DNA of 54,894 nucleotides from assembly GCA_012862495.1 (NCBI GenBank), contig BLSG01000155.1:9833-64726 (forward strand). Reading direction: 5' to 3'. The DNA is from Thraustochytrium aureum. Lineage: Eukaryota. Positions 11,979-22,955 of the stretch are shown piece after piece. The position numbers and the translations under genes are program-made. How positions within the stretch are numbered: the stretch's first letter is position 1; every line of letters begins with the position of its first letter. Under the pieces are notes generated by a model. The model was given only the letters and a program-made list of their open reading frames with translations. It searched no databases and was not told the DNA's origin.

Positions 11979-12230
11979 ATGACGCAGGGCCTGGACAGGC
12001 GCATGCGGTACATGGAGCGGCGGAATGCGCCGCTGCCGTGGCTCAAGCACAAGCTGTACCTCTTCAGGCTCTGGTCTGGCGCGTACATGCTGGACAACTG
12101 GGAGGTCCTGCTTCTGTGCATCATCCTCTTCGCGTTTGCCTACTACGCGTACGCGGCTGTCTTTGGCATGGTGGGCTTTGGCGGCGAGCAGCCCCTAGAC
12201 GCCGCGGCAGGCGAGGCCGGCAGCAGCTGA
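11979..12230 (+). CDS. Serine palmitoyltransferase small regulatory subunit-like protein (ssSPT/DUF3317)
   Basis: 83 aa; WLKHKLYLFRLWSGAYMLDNWE followed by one hydrophobic helix matches the ssSPT Y.Y....G.YML(D/E).WE motif. Confidence 0.75.
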   Translation: MTQGLDRRMRYMERRNAPLPWLKHKLYLFRLWSGAYMLDNWEVLLLCIILFAFAYYAYAAVFGMVGFGGEQPLDAAAGEAGSS

Positions 12231-12518
12231 GCAAGTCTATGCGCGGCGTTGCGAAGCTACGGGCTGGCAAGCTGAATGCACTACCGATAATGTTGAAGCG
12301 TAAAGCTGAATGCTCCATCTAGTTTTCGTTTCGCCAGAGCCGACCAAGTCCGCGCTCTCTCTACTTGAGAGAGGCGGGACCACCGTAACCGGCCAGGACA
12401 CACAACTCACAACACGAGGTCGCATAGCACCAGCTCGCACCAGCCCGCGAGTCGGCGTGCGCGTCGCCGCGCCTCGCTACCATGTGCTTCACTCAGGAAA
12501 ATCAACAAGCGATGCCGC

Positions 12519-15500
12519 CTAGCCAACCGGCGACGCTGCCCCGCCGCCAACATCGGCGGCGCCGTTTTGCACGAGGTCGCCGGCCGGAGGCTGCGGAGGG
12601 CGCTGCGCCTGGCCCGCCGCGGCGGCGGCGGCGCCCGTGATCGAAGAAAACCGCTCGTTGGCAAACTGGTCGATGGCGTCCCCCGCCCCGGTCGTCCCCG
12701 GCAGGAGGCGCAGGCAATGCGCCAAGTTGCGGAGGTCGACGCGGACCTGCGAAATGCCGACGCCGGTCTTGGGCCGCACGTCAGCGTAAAGCTCTGGGAC
12801 GCGCGCGTTGAACAGGCCGAATATCTTCGAAAACACCAGCTGCAGGTGGTTCCCGGGAAGATTTTTCGCAAGGGACTTGTGGAACGTCTTGATGCCCTTG
12901 GTGAGGTCAAGGACGTACTGCTCGGGCTTGATGTCGCTCGGCGCGCGGCGGTCCCAGTCCACGCTGGCCATCCGCTTGCCGCAGCAGTCATTCAGAAGAG
13001 CCCCGATCATTTCCACAAACTTGTCAAAGATGCGATCACGGTGGGCGATCAGCTCTTGCTCGAGCTGATTGAGCTGCACCTGGATCTGGTTCTTGTCCTT
13101 CTCAAAGTGGCGCGAGCCCTTGGGCAGGCAGCCGACCAGCACGTTGCACACTGCGGGAAGCAGCGCAGTGGCGACAGTGAGCGCCTGCGAGGCGAGCGCC
13201 AGCTCCTTTTGCGTGATTTTCTGTAGCCCCGCCGTGCGCATGGCCTTGGTTCGGAGAACGAGCTCGTTGGTGTGCTCGTTGAAGAGCCGCAGGAGCGCGA
13301 GCAGCGAGGGCAGGCAGGCCGACGAGAGAGACAGCTGCTGCGCGCACGCGAGGTACTGCTCCACGTAGTCCAGGAGCGGGAGCAAAGCAGAGACGACTCG
13401 ATACGACTTGCCAGCGATGAGGAGATCGCGCGTTCTCCGCCGCTGCTGCGCGGGGGCAGCAAGACCTTCGGCATTCTCTGCGGCCGCCTCCCCGTTGGGG
13501 CCATTCTTTTCGACGACCTCTCGCGTTGCGGAGAGCCGCCCGGTGAGCAGGCGGTTGGCGATGGCCTGCATTTCGCGCGGCGTCTCCACGCCTTGCCATT
13601 TCTCCGCGTCGAGCTGGGCACGCAGCGTCTCCATGGCCCGGTCGTGCGTGTTGGACAAGAACTTTTTCGCGCTGAGCCGCAGGGCGCCCTTGAGGTCGAT
13701 GCTGGTGCTCGGCGCGCTCAGCTTTTCCGCCTTGAGGGAAAACGTGCCCACCTTGTCGTACAACTGCTTAAAGTCGGCGAGCTGGAGCTTGCCGTGTTCG
13801 CTTAGCCGCAGCGTGAGCAGGCGCTGCACCGAGTTTTGCGAGAGCTCGCAGACGCGGGAGAGAATCTCCATCGACTCGGCGCGGAGGGCGTCAAACTGCG
13901 CCGTATCCGAGCCGCCGTCCTGCCTGAGGCGCTCGACGTGCACAAGGCACTCGACGAGCGTGGAGTGGACCTTGCTGGCGCGCTTCATGACCATCTCGAG
14001 CGCGTCGAAAATGAGTGCTAGGAAAGACAAAAACGCCTGCGGGGAGAGCGCCGCCAGCTGCGCCGGGACGGACGACCCCGGGGAAGGGGACCCGTCCGAA
14101 CCCATCTCGGCACTCGCGGCGGTCGCCGCGGCTTCGCCCTGCAGCGCAGCGAGCGACTCGACCACGNNNNNNNNNNNNNNNNNNNNNNNNNNNNNNNNNN
14201 NNNNNNNNNNNNNNNNNNNNNNNNNNNNNNNNNNNNNNNNNNNNNNNNNNNNNNNNNNNNNNNNNNNNNNNNNNNNNNNNNNNNNNNNNNNNNNNNNNNN
14301 NNNNNNNNNNNNNNNNNNNNNNNNNNNNNNNNNNNNNNNNNNNNNNNNNNNNNNCACCTCGTTTATGATCCGCGTGCGGTACTGGTTCAGGACGGCGCGG
14401 ATGGGTCCGTTGCGCGCCGCGATGAGGCCGAGGACGAGCGGCAGCAGGGCCTGCGCTAGCTCGCTGGCCTGGCCGACGTCACCAGCTCGCCCGGCGGCCG
14501 CCCTGGGCCCGTCGCCGTCCTCGTCGACGTCCGCGGCGTCGAGCTCAAAGGCCTCGTCATCACCCCAGGTCACGCACAGATCTACAAAGCGGTCGCTGAT
14601 CTGCTCCACGATCATGTCTTCGTAGTCGTTAATCTGGCGCTGCAGCGTGCGCAGACTGTGCACCTTGGCCAGCTCTGTGCCAAGCACGCGGCGGGCTTCG
14701 TCTAGGAGCGCCATGGCGCCGCCGTAGTCCTGCGAGGCGGTGAGGAGCTGCTCGACAGTTGGTATTGTGGCTCGTACGTCCCGGATCTTACTCAGCAAGC
14801 CAGCGAGCGTCGCGACGTTGCGCTGGCGCCGCCGCCGCTGAAGCACCGCGAGGTGGCTCGTCACTAGCGACTCTTGCACCGCGTGGATGTGCCCGCGCAG
14901 CTTGGCTATCGACTCGCACGTGTCTCGGACGTGCGAGTTGAGCTCGTTGAGGTCGCTGAGCGCATTAAAAAACTGCTGCGCCTGCGACGTGGTTTGCGAC
15001 CACAATGTCACCTCAACCAAGTCCAGCCAGTTGCAGAGTTTTTCCTGCCGGAGGTACGCCGCGTGCTGGCCATCCTCCTCCTCCTCGAGCTGGACCGCGA
15101 AAGCGGCCTCGAAGAAACGGGCAGGCACTTGCTGCAAGCATATTCGGAGCGCTTCCGTTGAGAGCTTGCGCACAGCCTCGCTGCTCGCGGCGTCCGCCTG
15201 CGCAGCCGCCTCTGCGATTTGAGAGGACCGATCCGCCGCAGCTGCCGACCCGTTGCCGCCGCTACTGCTGCCCTCACTCTGTTCTACGGCGGCGGCCAGC
15301 CCCTGTGCAAGCTGTGCGTGCGGCGCACCGACTCGGAGGCGTCCGTGGGTTCCACCGACGTTCGGCGGCGCAGGTTGAGTCGCTTTGCTTGCACCTCGGC
15401 GTGCGTCGCAACGCGGTGGTTGCGCACAAACCTGCGCACCGCGGTCCGGTTTCGCGCCAAGTACTCGTCAAAGTCTGCGAGCGCGACGGGCGCGACGACC

Positions 15501-15679
15501 GAGGGGATTGGCGCGGCCGAGTCGAACTCGTCGCGCTCAAACATGGAGGACAGCTGCGACAGCGACGAGGCAAACCATCCGCCGTCCTCGTCGTGCTTGC
15601 CCCCGGGGTTGTTCATCACGGACGAGAGATTGTGGCCCACCCGGATCCTCCTCAGCTGCTCCCTCATCTCCTCCGACAT
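12519..15679 (-). CDS. VPS54: GARP complex subunit Vps54
   Basis: HNLSSVMNNP; QEKLCNWLDLVEVTL..Q....QQFFNAL; LDAEKWQGVE; LFNEHTNELVL..KAM.TAGLQKITQKELALASQAL; HRDRIFDKFVEM. Frameshift ~15320, gap 14167-14354. The start may be slightly further upstream (~15732). Confidence 0.92.
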
Positions 15680-16496
15680 GTCCTCGAACGACTCGTGCGC
15701 CAGGAGCGGTTTGGCCGTCGGCCGTCCGCCATTCTGATTTCTTTTTGACCAGCGTCAACGTGGCTTTGGGCGTGTCGGCTGGGGCCGCTCATCCTTGCGC
15801 GCAGGGGCCGAAGACGGCGCGCGGCGTCCGTCCGCACCGGTCCGTCACGGAGGCAACCGCGTGCGCCCTGCGCGCCGCGTGCGCTCGTTCGCTCGCCCCA
15901 AAGCGCACTGATGTGCGCCGCCGCGGGCCGCATCCTCGGCCGCTCCCACGTTCGGAAGATTAAACCATCCGCGCCAAAATACGCTCTTGTAAGTTATCCT
16001 TTATTCTTTGTACATTAAAAATGTCTTGTAAAGTACGTGTCATCTGGGACCGCTACCATGCGGAAACCGTGCCAGAATGACGTTACTTACATAGAGCCAA
16101 CCCAGTGGCGTGCGTTGGAACAGCACGTTGCAGCGCACTGGCAGAATGAATTCATTTCGTCAATCAATCGAGTTGCGGCCTCGGCTGCCAACCCGATTCG
16201 CAGCACTTCCGAAGAACGAAGCCCTTTGGTCGCTCGAGGAGATTGATCACAAGCTGGCTGGGGCTCGGACAACGCGGGCCTGCGCAGTTCCTTGCCTCGC
16301 AGGGCCGCAGTGCTTACGAACATACTCGTGTCCGTGGGCTTGCGGAGCGCGGTCTGGCCCCGGAGTTGCCGTTTGGCCCGCCCAACGTGGCCGGCCTCCA
16401 CGTCCGACTGAGTCACTTGCAGCCAAGCTCGAAGTGATCGAGCCAGAGTGGGCTTGCGGAAGGGCAGACACCGATTGGCAGCAACTCGAACAGTGA

Positions 16497-16568
16497 CAGC
16501 AAAGCAAGCCGAGCAAGCCACTGGCAAGCAAGCCGAGCAAGCAAGCCAAGCAAGCCAAGCGAAGCAAC
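16497..16568 (+). repeat. Imperfect GCAAGC(C) low-complexity tandem repeat just upstream of the vault/SPFH-like gene
   Basis: agcaaagcaagccgagcaagccactggcaagcaagccgagcaagcaagccaagcaagccaagcgaagcaa. Confidence 0.75.
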
Positions 16569-16602
16569 CCTTGCGTCGCAGTGGCTGGCAGAGTACGTGC
16601 CG

Positions 16603-17937
16603 ATGGGGCTGAACCACAGGTATGGCGTGTACATGCGGCGCGTTTGGATTGGCAAGCGCACGATCAAAGATGGCGAGGCCGCCGTGATCTGGTCGCGGAG
16701 CGGAAAGAGCCACGTCGCCATCGGCCCCAAGGTGCGGTACTTGTGGTTCTCCACGATCCGCTTTATGGACCGCTTCGTGGCCACGGCGGATGAGTACCTT
16801 GCGGTGCAGTACCGGGACGGGCGCCGCGAAACGCTGCGCGGGCCGATCGAGATGTTCTGCGACCCAACCGTCCACGAATTCATCAAGATGGAACCCGCGA
16901 TCGCACTACTGAGCGAGAACGACGTCGTCGTGCTCGCCTCAAGCCAGCCCGGCCCAAGGGCTTCCGGGATCGCCAAGGGGAGCCGTGCGATCCAGCAGCA
17001 CCAAGGCCCGCTCGACGAGGATGAATCGTCTAGCGCACTCACCTGTAGCCTCCGCGTCGTCCGCGGTCCTGCCATGGTTGTCCCCGAAAACGACGAAAAG
17101 GCCATTCTCCGGACACTGATCGACGGATCGAGCAGCATCATCATCCCAACGGGGCGCAACACGTTGGCAGAAGGCTTTGCTGTGCGGCTTGCCGATGGCT
17201 CCCGGTGCACGATCAAGGTCGCCGTTGATGTGGCTGTCGCAGATGTCGAGCATATGGTGCGCACCACCGCGGACCCGGGCGCCCAGCTCAAGGCGGCCCT
17301 TCACTTCGACTTGGCCAAGGCAGCCAGCACGGTTGCCTCTGTCACCGTGCTCGACACAAGGTCGCAAGGCGAGTTCATCCAGGCCCTGGACGTGGCGCTG
17401 GCCGACCCGGCCTCAACAGGGTTCAAGCACACTCACGCGACGGCTCGGCGACTTGGCCTTGCGCTCTCCGAGTCGCGGGTCGAGGGCATAGAGGGGCTCG
17501 ATGGGGAGTATGAGCGTCTTCTGATGGAGAAGGAGCGAAACAGGGCCGCGATGGAGGCCGTCCGCGCGAAGGAGCGTGTTGACGAGATTCGGTGGGCCGC
17601 CGAACGCCGCCGCCTCGACGAAGAGCACAAACTGCGGGACCAGGAGGTCCGCCTCGCCGAGCAGGTGGCCGAGTTTGAGTTTGAGCGCGAGCTGGACCGC
17701 GCCTCGCGCCGCTTGCGCCAACAAATGGAAATGCTAAGGACCCTGCACGAGATGGACGTCCAGCTGACGAGCATCATCCAGCCCATCCGGATGGCTGGCG
17801 ACGCGCTGGGTGCAAGCGTAGAGGGCGAGGTCGCCAAGGCGAGTGGTGCCGCGAGCGCTCGGCCTGGCCCCGCGAGCGAGCCGCAGCCGGCGCTCCTGCG
17901 CTTAGCCGTCGTATCCGACGACGTCGCATCCTCCTAG
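16603..17937 (+). CDS. Vault-repeat-like / SPFH (band 7)-like coiled-coil protein
   Basis: Intact 444-aa ORF. The N-terminal beta repeats each end in a ..GP motif (KSHVAIGP, RRETLRGP, LRVVRGP) with A..DEYLAV and LSENDVVVL cores reminiscent of major vault protein repeats. An SPFH-like segment follows (VRLADGSRCTIKVAVDVAVADVEHMVRTTADP), then a long charged coiled coil. Confidence 0.6.
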   Translation: MGLNHRYGVYMRRVWIGKRTIKDGEAAVIWSRSGKSHVAIGPKVRYLWFSTIRFMDRFVATADEYLAVQYRDGRRETLRGPIEMFCDPTVHEFIKMEPAIALLSENDVVVLASSQPGPRASGIAKGSRAIQQHQGPLDEDESSSALTCSLRVVRGPAMVVPENDEKAILRTLIDGSSSIIIPTGRNTLAEGFAVRLADGSRCTIKVAVDVAVADVEHMVRTTADPGAQLKAALHFDLAKAASTVASVTVLDTRSQGEFIQALDVALADPASTGFKHTHATARRLGLALSESRVEGIEGLDGEYERLLMEKERNRAAMEAVRAKERVDEIRWAAERRRLDEEHKLRDQEVRLAEQVAEFEFERELDRASRRLRQQMEMLRTLHEMDVQLTSIIQPIRMAGDALGASVEGEVAKASGAASARPGPASEPQPALLRLAVVSDDVASS

Positions 17938-18270
17938 GAGGCGAGGGCAGCGAACGGCCCGAGCCGCAAGACGAGTCTCAACGACCGTTTCCATTCACAT
18001 TTACCGCACCTCTAGCTCTACTTAGCCAGATTTCTCCCCGACGTCTCGCTCACTCTCTCCTTTCCTCCTTCCTGTGGGCCACAAGGAGGAGCGCAAATGG
18101 AGCAGCGGTCCGCGCTCGCTGCAAGTGCTGCTCCAGACCGGTCTCGCAAACGAATGCCGTCGGCGATCCGCCCGTGCACTTGCTGGAGCTTTCAATTTCG
18201 CTTGGAGGTTCGCGCCCTCGGTCGGCCGCGTTCGCTGCCAGTTGCCGACCGGTCGCCGACCAGTCGGGGG

Positions 18271-19049
18271 TCAGTCGCTCGCGACAACCAAGGCCAAGTA
18301 AACACCGAGGGACATGAAGGCAACGGAGATAAGCGCCCAAATGACGCCCCAACACCGGCTCGAGGTGCCCGGGCATAGCTTTGCGAACGCGACGGCGTCC
18401 GAGCCGTTCTCGCGGCGGCTAATGAGGTCGTCGTAGATGTCGTAGATGGAGAAGAGGGACGACATGACGCCGACGAAGAGTAGCATGTACTGGAGCCCTT
18501 TGAACGGCGTGAGGATCTGGCACGCCCAAAACCCGCCGATGAGCACCATGAAGAACACGCAGAGCAGGCGCAGCGAATTGTTGTCCGCCAAGAACAGGAC
18601 CGCGACAAGGGCAAGGCCAAGCACGCCGGCCAAGACCTGAACAGAGATCTCATTCGTGGAGCCAATGATCAGCGCCATGCCCCAAAAGCTGCTCCCGAGG
18701 TAGCCCGCCGGGAGGATGCACCACATGCTCCCCCCGACCGTCTTTGTGACGCCGCCCTCGTCCGAGTGGACCTCCATTGCCACCACCTTGCCGCACGTCA
18801 TGAGGGCGGCGGAGGCGTGCCCGAGCTCGTGCAGCCAAACCACGATCATCTTGAAGGGCACCAGGATGCGCCATCGCCATATCAGCCAGATAATGACAGA
18901 GTAGCCCGCAACGAGGCTTATAAGCACGATCTGCGCCGTATTGCAGCAGCCGCTTAGCGCCCAATTCGGCCCCCCGCTGCTCGCCGCGCCAAGCTGTTGC
19001 CCGGCCGAGGCGGCGTGCTCAGTGTCCATGTGCTCGAGCAGCGCATCCC
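18271..19049 (-). CDS. Peptidase M50B-like intramembrane metalloprotease; 5' end may lie in gap
   Basis: VWLHELGHA (HExxH), EGGVT, PAGYLGSSFWG, IYDIYDDL..R..NGSDA, and several TM helices. Confidence 0.9.
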
Positions 19050-19771
19050 NNNNNNNNNNNNNNNNNNNNNNNNNNNNNNNNNNNNNNNNNNNNNNNNNNN
19101 NNNNNNNNNNNNNNNNNNNNNNNNNNNNNNNNNNNNNNNNNNNNNNNNNNNNNNNNNNNNNNNNNNNNNNNNNNNNNNNNNNNNNNNNNNNNNNNNNNNN
19201 NNNNNNNNNNNNNNNNNNNNNNNNNNNNNNNNNNNNNNNNNNNNNNNNNNNNNNNNNNNNNNNNNNNNNNNNNNNNNNNNNNNNNNNNNNNNNNNNNNNN
19301 NNNNNNNNNNNNNNNNNNNNNNNNNNNNNNNNNNNNNNNNNNNNNNNNNNNNNNNNNNNNNNNNNNNNNNNNNNNNNNNNNNNNNNNNNNNNNNNNNNNN
19401 NNNNNNNNNNNNNNNNNNNNNNNNNNNNNNNNNNNNNNNNNNNNNNNNNNNNNNNNNNNNNNNNNNNNNNNNNNNNNNNNNNNNNNNNNNNNNNNNNNNN
19501 NNNNNNNNNNNNNNNNNNNNNNNNNNNNNNNNNNNNNNNNNNNNNNNNNNNNNNNNNNNNNNNNNNNNNNNNNNNNNNNNNNNNNNNNNNNNNNNNNNNN
19601 NNNNNNNNNNNNNNNNNNNNNNNNNNNNNNNNNNNNNNNNNNNNNNNNNNNNNNNNNNNNNNNNNNNNNNNNNNNNNNNNNNNNNNNNNNNNNNNNNNNN
19701 NNNNNNNNNNNNNNNNNNNNNNNNNNNNNNNNNNNNNNNNNNNNNNNNNNNNNNNNNNNNNNNNNNNNNNN

Positions 19772-20647
19772 GTCGCCGCGCCCGAAGCCGAGCACGCTAG
19801 ACTTTTTCGCGCCGGGTTGGACGCCGTCCAAGGCAAGCTGCTTCGCTCTGCTGCGCGCGTTGGCCGTGGCGGGCGGCGGGTTGAAGAAGCGGAAAGAGGC
19901 AAACTCTGAACGCAGCGGCGCCTGCGTGGCTGCCGCGGATGGCGCCGCCGCCAGACCTACGCCTGGCCGCGGCGCGCCGTGCCCAGCAGGAAAGCGCTTG
20001 CGGCCGCGCGGGCAGTTGTTCTCTGCAGCGGCCAAGCTTGGGAACTGCGAGCGCGGCCCTGGCGCGTTGCTTGTCGCTGGCCTCGACTCGCCCGAGATGA
20101 TGTCGTACGTGCGGCAGTCGCGCGAGACGAAGGCGATAGTGTCGCGCCTTGCAGTTGTCGACTTGAACGGCTCGCGCTCTATGCGAGCGCTGGTGGCGTA
20201 GTATGCGTCAATCTCCTTGCGCGGCCGCCTGAGGAACCCCGTGTGGAACTTTGTTTCCCGTAGAGACCCCTTTGGCGCCCACATGGGCTCATTTCCGTGC
20301 TTGAGAAAGTCCCACTTTTCGTATTCGTTCGAGTACGGTTGGTTGTCGACGCGCTTCCCAAACCGGTGCTTGACAGGCTGCGAGGCCTTGAAAAAGTAGT
20401 CTTTGACGGACTCGGCTTCGCCGCGCCTTGGCTTGGAAAGCCCTGACCTATATGCGTCGGCGTGGTTGCTCTTTTTCATCGCGCCGGGCGAAGCAGCTGC
20501 TGCGTTGCTGTCGCCCGGAGGCGCACCGTGCTCGTGCTGGTTCGGGGCGCTGTTTAGGGGCGCTCTGCCACTGGGGCTCGCCCACTCGCGCGCTGTCCCG
20601 TTCGTCGCCTCCGTGCGTGCCGTATCAGCAGGTCCATCGTCCTCCAT
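19772..20647 (-). CDS. Hypothetical protein (basic, largely disordered); 3' end in gap
   Basis: Open frame from ATG 20647 (MEDDGPADTARTE...) with coding-like codon usage to the gap at 19771; no family recognised. Confidence 0.6.
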
Positions 20648-21536
20648 CGCGGCCAGCCGTGGCCTGCTTCGCGCCGGCGGCACGCAAGGCGCCGCAACAA
20701 AAAACCTGCACGAATGAAACCCCGCAAAACCACGACAACAACACCAACAAAAACAAGACCACAAACCTAGGCAAGCTCTCCGCCGCGCACGAGGTCGCAG
20801 CAGGCGCCAAGCCACGCTGCCAGCGCCCAGCACGGCCGCCGCGTCGCAGCTCTGCGTCCTGCCGACCTGAACTGGTCTTCCCCAAAAACGATCCGTTGAA
20901 CCTCGCAGTGTGCACTATCGAGGAAAAGCTGCGCGAGAGGTGTGCGCAGGTTTCGCACAATTTACTCATTAGATCGGACAGAGGGAGGCGCGGCGGAGTT
21001 TCGATTGTGTAGAGAGNNNNNNNNNNNNNNNNNNNNNNNNNNNNNNNNNNNNNNNNNNNNNNNNNNNNNNNNNNNNNNNNNNNNNNNNNNNNNNNNNNNN
21101 NNNNNNNNNNNNNNNNNNNNNNNNNNNNNNNNNNNNNNNNNNNNNNNNNNNNNNNNNNNNNNNNNNNNNNNNNNNNNNNNNNNNNNNNNNNNNNNNNNNN
21201 NNNNNNNNNNNNNNNNNNNNNNNNNNNNNNNNNNNNNNNNNNNNNNNNNNNNNNNNNNNNNNNNNNNNNNNNNNNNNNNNNNNNNNNNNNNNNNNNNNNN
21301 NNNNNNNNNNNNNNNNNNNNNNNNNNNNNNNNNNNNNNNNNNNNNNNNNNNNNNNNNNNNNNNNNNNNNNNNNNNNNNNNNNNNNNNNNNNNNNNNNNNN
21401 NNNNNNNNNNNNNNNNNNNNNNNNNNNNNNNNNNNNNNNGCCTGCGGCTGGCCTGCTCGGACGCCGACGCCGCGGTGTTTTTTAATTCTGAACTGGTTTC
21501 GCGGTGAGGCTCTCGCTGCCCGCGCTTCCTGCTGCC

Positions 21537-22399
21537 ATGTCGGGCAGAGCGCTGCGCGTGGTGAGCTACAACGTGCGCCAGTTCGTAGCGGACAAGACGA
21601 GCTCCGTGGATGGGTTCTTGCAAGAGGTGCTCAAGCTTGAGCCGCACGTGGTCTGCTTGAACGAGGTGGACATTCAGAGGTGGCCGTCTCTGGAGGCCGA
21701 GCTCCGCGGCGTGCTGGGCAACCTGGCCTTTTATGGTCATGCAAGGAACGGACGGTATGGCAACGCGATACTGAGCTCGCTGCCGCTCGAAGCGCGGTGC
21801 AAGGTCCCGCTCGAGGGCGGAAGCAAGCTCGAGTACCCGCCTGGCTCGGGCAAGGTGCACCACGTGCAGCGCGGCCTGCTTGTCGCAGAGGTGGACGCTT
21901 CGCAGCTAGGCCTGTCGCGCATCGCCATCGCGACCACGCACCTCGACCACATCAGCGAGGACGAGCGCCGAACGCAGCTCGAACACGTGGTTCGAGTTTT
22001 AGACGGCGTCGCCCGCTCCCAGTCGTCTTGTGTGGCGACCTGAACTCGTTCTCGCGCGACGACTACACTCCCGAGGAGTGGGAGCGTCTGGAGGCGCGGC
22101 ACGCTTTGCACGGCTGGGCGCCGCCCCGTCACGGCGCGTTGCGCTTGCTTGAGCATCGCGCCTTTGTCGACGCCTTCGTGGAGGCCAACGCGCGCTCCGG
22201 CGGCGCTCGAGCTCTCAAGTGGACCGGTCCCGTTGGAGACCCCATGTACCGTATAGACTATTGCTTTTGCTGCTCGCGGCTTCGAGCGGCGCTAAGGCCA
22301 GCCCAAGCCTGGGTGCACCAGGAGGCGGCGCTTTCGGACCACTTTCCCGTGGTGGTGGACTTTGAGCCAGTTCCGCCTCGGGGCGCCGCGGCTCTGTAG
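21537..22399 (+). CDS. Endonuclease/exonuclease/phosphatase (EEP) family protein
   Basis: LRVVSYNV, VVCLNEVD, YGNAILS, TTHLDH, then after a frameshift (~22005) VVLCGDLN, RIDYCF, SDHFPV: the full set of EEP motifs. Confidence 0.92.
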
Positions 22400-22955
22400 C
22401 GTCGCCTCCCCGCCATGACCTGTTTGTTGAAAGTATGAATCGGTGGGGAGTATTGGCCGAGCTCGGCCCTTGATGTCACACCTCGACACCTCGCCTTGAC
22501 CCGCCTTGACCTCCCTTCCTTTTCGCCAAAGCCCCTCATCTCGGCTTTTGTCGTCAGCAAGCCTCGCGATCTCGAGCAACACCGTTGTGACAGCAGCTTC
22601 CCGACCGTGCTGCCGAGTAAGGCAGCCGGTGCGCAAAACCCGCACGTCCTCTCGTTGCGCGCACGACAGAAGCTGAATTCTTTCTGGTCTTGATCTTGAT
22701 CGAGTACGCATTCACGTACACGGGGGTCAGTACCAGTACAGAGAGTCCTTAAAAAACGCAGCTCTTCCATGATCGGCGAGCATGCACGCACGCCGACGGC
22801 CAGACCAGGCAGGGCCGTCCCAGCCAGCAGCATCCCCTCACGCGGCCGCCAACTCCGCCGCGTCCATGCGCGCCACATCCTCGCTCCGCTTACGCCACCT
22901 CAGCTCGCCCACCTCCTTGCCTGCGTCACACGCCATAAACGCCTCCCGCGGCCGT

